From Patescibacteria group bacterium (lineage in GTDB: Bacteria > Patescibacteriota > Minisyncoccia > 2-02-FULL-40-12 > GWA2-44-9), in NCBI GenBank assembly GCA_038064515.1, contig JBBTSY010000007.1:18249-82248 (forward strand): DNA of 64,000 nucleotides. Direction: 5' to 3'. The notes under the pieces are model-generated. The model was given only the letters and a program-made list of their open reading frames with translations, ran no database searches and was not told the origin of the DNA. Positions 19,196 through 27,020 of the stretch are shown here, piece after piece; position 1 is the first letter of the stretch, and every line of letters starts with the position of its first letter. The position numbers and the translations under genes were made by a program.

Positions 19196-20680
19196 TTATG
19201 ATAATTTATTTTTGATAATTTCCTGCACGACCTGAGGATTCGCTTTGCCTTTCGATCCGGCCATCACTTTGCCAATCAAAAACTTCAGCGAAGCTTCTTT
19301 GCCTTTTTTATAGTCCCTCACTGCTTGTGAATTTTCGGTAATAACCCGCTCAACTATAGCACCGAGCACTCCAATATCCGATACCTGCGCCAAGTCTTTC
19401 TGCTGGACGATTTGATCGGCCGTTAATCCCGTCTCAAACATTTCTTTTAATACAATTTGAGCCGCGCTGGAAGAAATAGCATTATGGAAAATAGCGACCA
19501 CCAACTCGGCAAATGATTCCGGCTTGATCTTTGTCTCCTCGGGACTGGCTGATACTTCGCTGGCCATACGACTTAACTCCGTCATGATGTAGTTTGATGC
19601 CAGTTTCAGGAGCTTTGGTTCATGCTCTTTGGCCGGCCGCTCCAGGTGCTTTAAATTATCAAATGCTAAGAGTTCGCTGGCTACCTTTTCAAAGTAGTTG
19701 CCCAAGGCCTTGTTCAGCGTGAAAACTTCCACGTCTTTCTCGGAAAGCCCGTACTCTTTTTTAAATCGTTTACGGCGACGCGAAGGCAGTTCTGGCAATT
19801 CATTACGCACTGCTTCAATCGCCGCGTCGTCAAAAGACAACGGCGGCAAATCCGGTTCCGGAAAATAGCGATAATCGGCAGAACCTTCTTTGATGCGCTG
19901 ACTGACTGTTTTATTGTTCACGTCATCCCAGCCGCGTGTTTCCTGAACGATCTTCTTTCCCGCATCCAAGAGTTCCGATTGACGCCGAATCTCAAATTCG
20001 ACCGCTTTTCCGGCCGCGCTGATTGAATTGATGTTTTTAATCTCGACTTTTGTACCTAAAACATTTCCTTCCGGTCGCACGGAGATATTCACCTCCACCC
20101 GCATCTGACCTTTCTCCATATCCGCATCGGAGGCACCCAGGTATCGCATAATAAGCCGCAATTCGGAAGCAAACGCGATAACATCTTGAGCTGTTTCAAG
20201 ATCAGGCTTTGTGACAAGCTCCATGAGGGGCAATCCGGCTCGATTAAAATCTACGAGCGTGGCGTCTTTTTCATGTGCCAAGCGTCCCGCGTCTTCCTCG
20301 AGATGAATCCGTTCAATCCGAATCCGCTTTGTTGCTTGTAGCTTGTTGCTTGTTGCTATATCTAAATGGCCGTCATAGCAGAGCGGTTTGAGATACTGTG
20401 AAATCTGATAGCCTTTCGGGAGATCGGGATAGAAATAGTTCTTGCGTTCGAAGAAAGTGTTCTTTTCGATTGAACAGTTGAGCGCCAAGCCAACCATCAT
20501 GAGCTTATGGATTGCTTCGGCGTTGATGACGGGCAGTGTGCCGGGATGGCCCATACAGACCGGGCAGACGTTAATGTTGGGATGCTTTTCATCCGGATCA
20601 TTGAGCGAATCGCAAAACATCTTGGTTTTGGTATTGAGCTCCACATGGACCTCTAATCCAATAGTCGGAATGTATTGCAT
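19196..20680 (-). CDS. gatB: Aspartyl/glutamyl-tRNA(Asn/Gln) amidotransferase subunit B
   Basis: 494 aa. The N-terminus is MQYIPTIGLEVHVELNTKTKMFC. A C-terminal GatB/YqeY domain is present. Confidence 0.95.
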   Translation of the reverse strand: MQYIPTIGLEVHVELNTKTKMFCDSLNDPDEKHPNINVCPVCMGHPGTLPVINAEAIHKLMMVGLALNCSIEKNTFFERKNYFYPDLPKGYQISQYLKPLCYDGHLDIATSNKLQATKRIRIERIHLEEDAGRLAHEKDATLVDFNRAGLPLMELVTKPDLETAQDVIAFASELRLIMRYLGASDADMEKGQMRVEVNISVRPEGNVLGTKVEIKNINSISAAGKAVEFEIRRQSELLDAGKKIVQETRGWDDVNNKTVSQRIKEGSADYRYFPEPDLPPLSFDDAAIEAVRNELPELPSRRRKRFKKEYGLSEKDVEVFTLNKALGNYFEKVASELLAFDNLKHLERPAKEHEPKLLKLASNYIMTELSRMASEVSASPEETKIKPESFAELVVAIFHNAISSSAAQIVLKEMFETGLTADQIVQQKDLAQVSDIGVLGAIVERVITENSQAVRDYKKGKEASLKFLIGKVMAGSKGKANPQVVQEIIKNKLS

Positions 20681-20788
20681 AATGGTTTAGCCTAGCATTT
20701 TTTTTTGCGATAAAAAAGAGTTTGACGATCACTTAAAACATGGTAGCATAGCCCTGGTTTCTTACGTTCTTCGACAATTTCGACAATC

Positions 20789-21721
20789 ATGAAAGAGGGG
20801 TGTTCATTGACAGTTCAGTATAGGCCCTACCTGGAGCGAACTCCTGACACTCAATATCAGGATTTGCTCCGTCGTGTGCGTACCGAAGGCATCTACACGA
20901 AAAACGAGTTCCAGACAAACGGGACCTACACCTCCGTCACGCTTCCCAAGATGATATTCCCGCTGGCCAACGGCGTTCCGCTCATCACCGAGCGGAAGTG
21001 CCCTTTTTGGCGTAAGCCGATTTCAGAGATCATCGCCTTCATCAATGGCGCCCGAACACTCAATCAACTCCGCCAATACGGAGACGAAAAGACGTGGGCG
21101 TCCTGGTGGGCAACCTGGGTTACCGCCCAGAAGTGCGCCGACTTCGGACTCGAGGAAGGAGATCTTGGTCCTGGCTCATATGGAGCCGCGTTCCACGATT
21201 TCCCCATGCCTGATAGAAGCACCTTCAACCAGTGGGAGCACCTAATCCGGGAGATCCATGATTTCCCATGGCTACGAACTCACAAGATCACCACGTGGAT
21301 CCCCTACTACGCCCTACAGCACAAAGGATTCAAACGCAAAGTCGTTGTGGCACCCTGCCACGGTGACGTGCAGGTGACCATCCTGAACAACCAGTTGTAC
21401 CTGCAGATGGATCAGCGGTCCTGCGATACCATCGTCGGCCTGCCCAGCAACCTGATCCAGTACGCGGCCGTCACCTTGATGGTGGCGCAAGTGACTGGCT
21501 ATGAGGCGCACACGTACGTGCACAACGTTCGCGACGGACAGATCTACGAGAACCAGCTGGACTGGTGCGACGAGCTCCTGAACCGGCCATCCAAGCCGTT
21601 CCCAACTCTCCGCATCATCGATCCGACTATCAACGATCTGTTCGCGTTCAGACCCGAGCATTTCGAGCTGACCGACTACGATGCTCATCCAGCCATGAAC
21701 GACATCCCGGTTACGACCTAA
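20789..21721 (+). CDS. Thymidylate synthase family protein (ThyA-like; catalytic Cys and uracil-specifying Asn conserved)
   Basis: 310 aa. APCHGD matches the ThyA APCH catalytic-Cys motif. DQRSCDTIVGLPSNLIQYAAVTLM matches ThyA [21 protein letters not shown]. G+C is visibly higher than the surrounding genome. An alternative TTG start at 20807 is preceded by an AAGAGGGG SD. Confidence 0.8.
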   Translation: MKEGCSLTVQYRPYLERTPDTQYQDLLRRVRTEGIYTKNEFQTNGTYTSVTLPKMIFPLANGVPLITERKCPFWRKPISEIIAFINGARTLNQLRQYGDEKTWASWWATWVTAQKCADFGLEEGDLGPGSYGAAFHDFPMPDRSTFNQWEHLIREIHDFPWLRTHKITTWIPYYALQHKGFKRKVVVAPCHGDVQVTILNNQLYLQMDQRSCDTIVGLPSNLIQYAAVTLMVAQVTGYEAHTYVHNVRDGQIYENQLDWCDELLNRPSKPFPTLRIIDPTINDLFAFRPEHFELTDYDAHPAMNDIPVTT

Positions 21722-21732
21722 GCGAGGGTACG

Positions 21733-22665
21733 ATGATAAATCTGATCGCAGCCGTTTCTCAAGACGGGTTCATCGCAAACCAGGATGGCAAGATCCCGTG
21801 GCATCTGAAAAGCGACATGGATCACTTCGTGGCACAGACGAATGGCCATCCGGTCATCATGGGAAGAAACACCTGGGAATCTCTTCTGCCCAAGTTCCGT
21901 CCCCTGCCGGGACGCAGGAACATCGTCGTGTCCCAACGACCCAACTTCACCGCCGATGGTGCTGAAGTTGTGTACTCTACCACTATGGCGCTGACGGTCA
22001 CTGATGACGACGAGGAAGTGTTTGTCATCGGCGGTGAACGGGTGTATCGCCACATGCTGGCGGAAGCCGAGCGCCTAATCATCACACGGGTCAACATGAC
22101 CGTAGGCACCGGTAGAGCCCGATTCCCGAACATCCATCCTGATGAGTGGAAACTCGTGTCGCAAACGCCAGGAGTGCGCACAGGAAAGGACGAATACGAC
22201 TTCGCCATTGAGGACTACACGCCGAACCTCGAGTTCATCGAGTTGGCCAACGTGCGCACACACAAACAGCTCAAGGAGTACCGTGTCATCCGCGAACAGG
22301 GTCACTGCCCGTTCTGCCAAGACAACCTGCCCCTGTACCACGACAATCCCATACTGCGTAAGGGAAAGTACTGGCTTCTGACCCAGAACGACTACCCGTA
22401 TGCGGGAACCGATGCCCACCTACTGCTCATCCTTCGTGAGCATGCGGAAAACTTCAGAGATCTTCTCCTTGAGGCGCAGCAGGAGCTCTTCATGTTCATC
22501 GCAGACATGGAGATGGAGGGAAAATTTCAAGGAGGCGGGCTCTGTGCCCGCGCTGGCGATCCGCTTCTCTCGGGAGCGAGCGTCAAGCACCTGCACTTCC
22601 ACCTGATTGCACCAACGAAAGGAGCACAGCCAACAGCGTTCTTTATGGGCAAGGGCAAACGTTAA
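21733..22665 (+). CDS. folA: Dihydrofolate reductase fused to a C-terminal HIT (histidine triad) domain
   Basis: The start was trimmed to ATG 21733, with a GAGGGT SD 5 nt upstream. The N-terminal approximately 165 aa is DHFR (MINLIAAVSQDGFIANQDGKIPWHLKSDMDHF...VIMGRNTWESL). The C-terminal approximately 130 aa is HIT-like, with a CPFC zinc motif and the histidine triad HLHFHLI. The gene is GC-rich like the neighbouring thyA-like gene. Confidence 0.8.
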   Translation: MINLIAAVSQDGFIANQDGKIPWHLKSDMDHFVAQTNGHPVIMGRNTWESLLPKFRPLPGRRNIVVSQRPNFTADGAEVVYSTTMALTVTDDDEEVFVIGGERVYRHMLAEAERLIITRVNMTVGTGRARFPNIHPDEWKLVSQTPGVRTGKDEYDFAIEDYTPNLEFIELANVRTHKQLKEYRVIREQGHCPFCQDNLPLYHDNPILRKGKYWLLTQNDYPYAGTDAHLLLILREHAENFRDLLLEAQQELFMFIADMEMEGKFQGGGLCARAGDPLLSGASVKHLHFHLIAPTKGAQPTAFFMGKGKR

Positions 22666-22717
22666 CTGTCCAGCCCGCCACGAGCCGTTCCGCGTTTAGC
22701 GGGCGGCTCGTTCTTCT

Positions 22718-23587
22718 TTAATTTTCTTTTACTCGGATGAGTTTGATGCCCGCGCTCCGTAAATTATGCTCAGCGCCTAGGTTAGAATAACCGTCAGCGT
22801 AATAAACTTTTTTGATGCCCGCTTGGATTATCGACAAGGCACACGTAGGACACGGAAATGTAGTTACATAAATAGAAGTACCCTCAAGAGAGATACCTTT
22901 TTGAGCCGCTCGAGCAATAAGTCCTGCTTCGCCATGGAGAGCCATATTCATATCCTTGAGTTGAGGATCTCCAGCATCGAAATTTCCACGAGGATCTCCA
23001 TCAATATATAGTGTGTTCTCGGTAGGCTTATGTTGATTATATCCTTCAAGGATTAGCTTGCCTTCTTTCACAATAACCGCGCCAACTTGCCGCCACCAGT
23101 CAGAGCTCTTTTGGGCATTACTTCGAGCTCTGCTTATAAACTCGCGGTCAAAGTCACTTTGAGAAATTTCATTGTCGAAGGTAACCGGAACAGCGGTGAC
23201 AGCCGCCATTTTATCCCATCGAAGAAATACGGGTTCAAACGCAACCGGTATATCAACACAATAGGATTCCGCGACCGCTCTCATGACTTCATCATTGGCG
23301 AATACTACTGCATCTGCTCTTTTTAAATCAGAAATGTTCTCCTTTTCGAGGAGCTTTATCACCGGAGCCAATGAAAGCGCTTTGCAAACAGAAACAACTT
23401 CTACTGGGCTCAACGCCCGTATATCACGCTCGAGAATGGTGACGTCCTTCAAGAAGCTACTGCCGAGAACGTAGAGAACGTCTGGCTGTATCTTTCGACA
23501 AAACTCTTGGTGCCCCTTGTGGACGACCGGAATGTACGCTGCTGCTATTTTCATTATTTTTTCCTCCAAGGAATTCGTTAATAACAA
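22718..23587 (-). CDS. Fusion protein: N-terminal HxGH nucleotidyltransferase-like domain (NMNAT/cytidylyltransferase-like) + C-terminal dCMP/cytidine deaminase domain
   Basis: The N-terminal domain shows IPVVHKGHQEF...VLYVLGSSF, an HxGH motif in NMNAT-like order. The C-terminal domain shows the zinc-binding HGEAGLI...PCPTCA, the CDA/dCMP-deaminase signature. The start is ambiguous (ATG at 23587 or 23554). Both candidate starts overlap the upstream gene. Confidence 0.7.
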   Translation of the reverse strand: MLLTNSLEEKIMKIAAAYIPVVHKGHQEFCRKIQPDVLYVLGSSFLKDVTILERDIRALSPVEVVSVCKALSLAPVIKLLEKENISDLKRADAVVFANDEVMRAVAESYCVDIPVAFEPVFLRWDKMAAVTAVPVTFDNEISQSDFDREFISRARSNAQKSSDWWRQVGAVIVKEGKLILEGYNQHKPTENTLYIDGDPRGNFDAGDPQLKDMNMALHGEAGLIARAAQKGISLEGTSIYVTTFPCPTCALSIIQAGIKKVYYADGYSNLGAEHNLRSAGIKLIRVKEN

Positions 23588-24152
23588 GATTTATTTTCAT
23601 TCCAAGCTGTTCCACCCCATCCATCATTAGTTGACGAAGCTTTGCTGTCGTAGTAGTTCCCGCTTGTGCCGGAAGCACTTTGATGTCGCCGCAGTATTGG
23701 AGTAAATTTTTCTTATCGCGATCGGTAAAATCCACGGTTGTTTGAGACATTACCAGTACATCGGGGCGTACAAGTTTTATGAGTTTGTACATATGGTCAT
23801 TTTCATGTCGAGGAGTAACGATATCGACTGCGGTAAGACTGGAAAGAATTTCAACGCGATCGTTAAATGTATCAAAGGGACGTTTTGGTCCTTTTCGTTT
23901 GCGGGTAAGCTCGTCCGTATCTACACCAACTATTAAAATATCTCCACTACTTTTTGCTTGTTCTAAATACCGTTTGTGCCCAACATGGAAAAGGTCATAG
24001 ACGCCCTGCGTGAGTACGATTTTGTACCCAGCATTCTTAAGTGTTTTAATGACTGCGGAAAGGGAAGCATAATCAGGAACATAGTGATGTTCCAATCCTG
24101 GAGTACGACTCACAATGTTCTTTACGATTTGTGAATTGGGCGAAGTGGGCAT
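23457..24152 (-). CDS. Cytidylyltransferase-family nucleotidyltransferase (TagD/RfaE-II-like HxGH enzyme) with low-complexity C-terminal extension
   Basis: The HIGH-type motif is GVYDLFHVGHKRYLEQAK. The TagD-like core runs to TTTAKLRQLM. An Asn/Ser/Arg-rich tail of about 45 aa overlaps the next gene by approximately 100-130 nt in another frame. Confidence 0.75.
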   Translation of the reverse strand: MPTSPNSQIVKNIVSRTPGLEHHYVPDYASLSAVIKTLKNAGYKIVLTQGVYDLFHVGHKRYLEQAKSSGDILIVGVDTDELTRKRKGPKRPFDTFNDRVEILSSLTAVDIVTPRHENDHMYKLIKLVRPDVLVMSQTTVDFTDRDKKNLLQYCGDIKVLPAQAGTTTTAKLRQLMMDGVEQLGMKINLVINEFLGGKNNENSSSVHSGRPQGAPRVLSKDTARRSLRSRQ

Positions 24153-24409
24153 ATGAATAAGTTTAAAATACCATACCCCATACCAATGTACAATTCAAGC
24201 AAAAAAACCACAACTGTTCGTGGCTTTTAGCTATTTTACCTCGATGCCCATATATCGCGCTGTACCCTCAATGAAAACACTGTCAGACATTTTCGCCTTG
24301 GAGGATGTTCTTGTTTGAAGAGCTCCCTCCAAGACGAATATAGCATACTTTACTACCTACATTATAACGCACCCTTAACAGTAAAGCAAATCAAGGGTAT
24401 GGATAACCC

Positions 24410-24571
24410 TTAACGCTTCTTTTTACCCTCTTTTTCCCTCATATAAACAGCATAAGCCCATACTCTGCTAATATTGAATATTTCAGCTAGCTTACTGAAG
24501 GAATATTTTTTAGGGTCTTTGTCTCGAAGTTCAACCAACCTCTTGTTTATCTCTAATTTCGGCTTAGACAT
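24410..24571 (-). CDS. Tiny sigma-70 region-4-like HTH protein (approximately 53 aa), paralog of 26701..26928
   Basis: The internal ATG at 24571 gives MSKPKLEINKRLVELRDKDPKKYSFSKLAEIFNISRVWAYAVYMREKEGKKKR. It aligns with the other small protein (…TLKESGKMFNISPERVRQIIARVLYEL). The longer ORF 24410..24841 upstream of this ATG only translates the repeat DNA. Confidence 0.4.
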   Translation of the reverse strand: MSKPKLEINKRLVELRDKDPKKYSFSKLAEIFNISRVWAYAVYMREKEGKKKR

Positions 24572-24608
24572 TACCCCTATTATAGCATTTACCCCTAACG
24601 ATTCAAAC

Positions 24609-25649
24609 TTATAATTTCCCGTTTGCATGGCCATTTTTGGCGATATAAACAATCCCATTTCCAGGTGGCTTTGCATGGCCATTAGCATCTCCGTTTCCAT
24701 TCGCATGCCCGTTTGCATGGCCATTTCCATTACCAGGAACAGGGGGCTTAACTTCTTTCTGATCCATCTTGTTGCGATATAACTCTTCTCTATCATTTCC
24801 AAAGAGTTGCGTATAAATAAAAGAACTTTGACTATTAGCATGCCCGAGTAGCGATGCTATACCATATGCATTCGTATCCTTGCGAGCCAATTCACGACCA
24901 AAGTGATGTCGACAGGAGTGAGGGTTTAAGGGAATAGCCAAACCTGCCTTGTTAGAATATTTCCTTAAAATCTCTGAGATGAAATTTACCTGTAATATCT
25001 TGCCCTTACCAGGGCAGTTTTTATATCCTCCTTTAATTCCAAAAAAGAGTATTTTGGGGTCAGCTAAGGGAATCTCCTGCGCTAACTCCTCCCTTTTAAT
25101 TAACCACTCGGCAAGAGCTTGATTAGCTTCCTCTCTCCAGAAGATTTCACGATAAGGCACAGTCCCTCTTGATTTCTCTGTCTTAATCCTTGCTGACATA
25201 CGATTCAGATCAATATCCTCTAACCGAAGCGATGCTATCTCGCCGTTACGAGCTCCGCTCTCCCATAATAAAGTTATAATCGCTTTATTACGAACATGGG
25301 TATAACCTTTAAAATCCGAACCAGTCCCGTGATCAGGTATTACAGCAAGGAGTTTTCGGTACTCTTCTTCGGTAGCAACTCGTGGAAATTTAAATGTTTT
25401 TCTGGGTATCGGAATAAGATCGGGATTAAAGACTTTTACGTCTCTATCTTTCAAGAAATCAAAGAGCAACTTTAAGGCAATAGCTTTTTTCTGAACAGCC
25501 TCAAATGCTTTGCAGAATAAATTTTCCGTAGCTCGATATGCAAGATAAGGCTCCGGTGCTTCTGAAAAAAGTTTTGAGAGCGAGCCAATAGCCTTAAGTA
25601 GTCGCTCGTAATACTGCACCTGTTCTTTTGTCTGCGTTTCTATGAACAT
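24609..25649 (-). CDS. Tyrosine site-specific recombinase/integrase (XerC/D-like) with C-terminal Gly/Asn/His repeat tail
   Basis: 346 aa. The catalytic region has LLGHANSQSSFIYTQLF (catalytic Tyr), HSCRHHFG and the R...E core (LWESGARNGEIASLRLEDIDL). The C-terminal approximately 45 aa, GNGNGHANGHANGNGDANGHAKPPGNG..., is encoded by tandem DNA repeats. Confidence 0.85.
   Translation of the reverse strand: MFIETQTKEQVQYYERLLKAIGSLSKLFSEAPEPYLAYRATENLFCKAFEAVQKKAIALKLLFDFLKDRDVKVFNPDLIPIPRKTFKFPRVATEEEYRKLLAVIPDHGTGSDFKGYTHVRNKAIITLLWESGARNGEIASLRLEDIDLNRMSARIKTEKSRGTVPYREIFWREEANQALAEWLIKREELAQEIPLADPKILFFGIKGGYKNCPGKGKILQVNFISEILRKYSNKAGLAIPLNPHSCRHHFGRELARKDTNAYGIASLLGHANSQSSFIYTQLFGNDREELYRNKMDQKEVKPPVPGNGNGHANGHANGNGDANGHAKPPGNGIVYIAKNGHANGKL
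24615..24735. repeat. Imperfect tandem repeats (3 copies of a TTTGCATGGCCAT-containing unit, 42-48 bp period) encoding the integrase tail
   Basis: TTTGCATGGCCAT occurs at approximately 24622, 24670 and 24712, with related TTTCCAT/GCATGCCC sub-units. Both reading frames give repetitive peptides (GHANG... or MAMQTG...). Confidence 0.7.
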
Positions 25650-26607
25650 CGTTAGATTTTGTTTCTAAAGCCTTCTTAATCTGGCGGGCTACCCGTGAGA
25701 TCACGGAGACTGTGACCGAATTTCCAAACTGCTTATAAAGCTTGGTGTCTGGAAGGTCTTTTGGAAGCTTATAGGTTTCCGGAAATCCTTGCAACCTTGC
25801 GCATTCCCTAGGAGTAAGTTTTCTAACGCCCTTATAATCTTTAATTAACGGCACATTGTGCCCTCCTGTCCCCATATTGGCAGTAAGTGTCGGACAAACC
25901 CCGCTCTTATTCTCGCGAACATAAGCTCTTCGCCACTGATATACAGTGCCTTTTGACTGCATTGCTTCCCTCAGTTGTCCATAGAGAGGATGCTTATTAT
26001 AGTAATATCTCTCATCAACGTTTTCGTCAAGAATGTCGGAAACTGTTTTATCAAGAGAAAGCGATTCTGGAAATTCAAATGCGTCGAATTGCTGTTTGGA
26101 TTTGAATCCAACAATATAAATTCTCTCTCTATTTTGAGGAACATTCCCATATTTCGCGCTATTTAAAACCTCGGCTTTTACATGATAGCCCAAATCCGAA
26201 AGCGCTTCAGAAATAATTTTAAAAGTTTTGCCATTATCATGGGATTTAAGATTTTTTACGTTTTCTAGAAAAACTGCTTTCGGCTTTTTATCTCTAAGGA
26301 TTCTAACTATTTAAAAAAATAAATCCCCCCTGCCGGTATCAAGAAACCCTCTTCGGTATCCAGCGATTGAGAAGGGTTGGCACGGAAATCCACCGAGAAG
26401 AATATCAAAATTCGGCAAGTCAGAACTCTTAACTTTTGAAATATCCGCAACAGTAAGCGGAGTTCCCTTAAAGTTGAGATCATAGGTCGGCTTGCAATAC
26501 GGATCAAAGTCATTGGCAAAAACAGTCTCAAATCCGGCTCTTTTAAAGCCTATTCTTATGCCTCCAATTCCTGCAAACAAATCAATGGTTTTGAGTGAAT
26601 TGCTCAT
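25594..26607 (-). pseudogene. C5-cytosine DNA methyltransferase (Dcm-like) interrupted by a single in-frame TAA (26313..26311)
   Basis: The N-terminal ORF 26311..26607 has motif I DLFAGIGG and motif IV GFPCQPFS. It ends ...RGDLFF*. The same frame continues directly as IVRILRDKKPKAVFLENVKNL... (motif VI ENV), then the target-recognition and C-terminal motifs (RKLTPRECARLQGFP, YKQFGNSVTV). The stop sits where a Glu is expected in the LFFEivR motif. Confidence 0.75.
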
Positions 26608-26700
26608 ATTTAAATCATAACAAGATTACCCATAAAAAGCAGCCTCGTTTTTATAAGCTTATCCACATTCTACCTCGAAAGGCTCGGTTTGTCTGCCTTT

Positions 26701-26928
26701 TTACTTAATTAACTTTTCCAATTCATAAAGAACTCTGGCTATAATCTGCCTGACTCTTTCCGGACTGATATTAAACATCTTTCCACTTTCCTTGAGGGTA
26801 TGGGGCTTATCATCTATTCCATGACGAAATTCAAATATCCTTATATACCTGGGCTTGAGATTAAGACGATTTCTGACCTTTTTATACTGTTCGATCATTA
26901 AAAATTTTTCGAAAGCCCAAGTAATCAA
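26701..26928 (-). CDS. Small sigma-70 region-4-like HTH protein (75 aa)
   Basis: RYIRIFEFRHGIDDKPHTLKESGKMFNISPERVRQIIARVLYEL resembles the sigma70 region 4.2 HTH, which binds the -35 element. No region 2 or 3 is present. It is the last gene of the MoxR/VWA operon strand. Confidence 0.5.
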   Translation of the reverse strand: MITWAFEKFLMIEQYKKVRNRLNLKPRYIRIFEFRHGIDDKPHTLKESGKMFNISPERVRQIIARVLYELEKLIK

Positions 26929-27020
26929 TCAAGTACCAAGGCTCCAAGTTCCCAAGTCCCCGATGAAACTACCGAGCGGGGCAGACGCCGAGAGTGGAAT
27001 CCGAGTTGCCACGCGAATCG
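26897..27020. repeat. 124-bp direct repeat copy 1 (3' end of paralog A + 3'UTR CCAAG array); identical to 29589..29712
   Basis: Exact nucleotide identity by inspection. Similarity continues with a few mismatches for approximately 65 bp into the coding region. Confidence 0.85.

Noticed and set aside
20328-20360. Short tandem repeat GTTGCTT/GTAGCTT x4 inside gatB
   Set aside because: It is in-frame and encodes an ordinary ...SNKLQATK... segment. It is too short to be a functional repeat element.
20801-20811. 10-mer ATTGACAGTT shared between the thyA-like start region and the ATP-grasp promoter region (39593)
   Set aside because: A single exact 10-mer match within 64 kb on two strands is expected by chance at appreciable frequency. 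There is no extended similarity.
24615-24735. Possible CRISPR array
   Set aside because: The repeat units abut with no unique spacers, the period is 42-48 bp with sub-repeats, and no cas genes are present. It is a coding tandem repeat, not a CRISPR array.
24410-24841. 143-aa ORF reading through the tandem repeats (MAMQTG... repeats)
   Set aside because: Only the C-terminal approximately 53 aa, from ATG 24571, shows protein-like HTH sequence. The upstream part is repeat DNA read in an alternative frame to the integrase tail.
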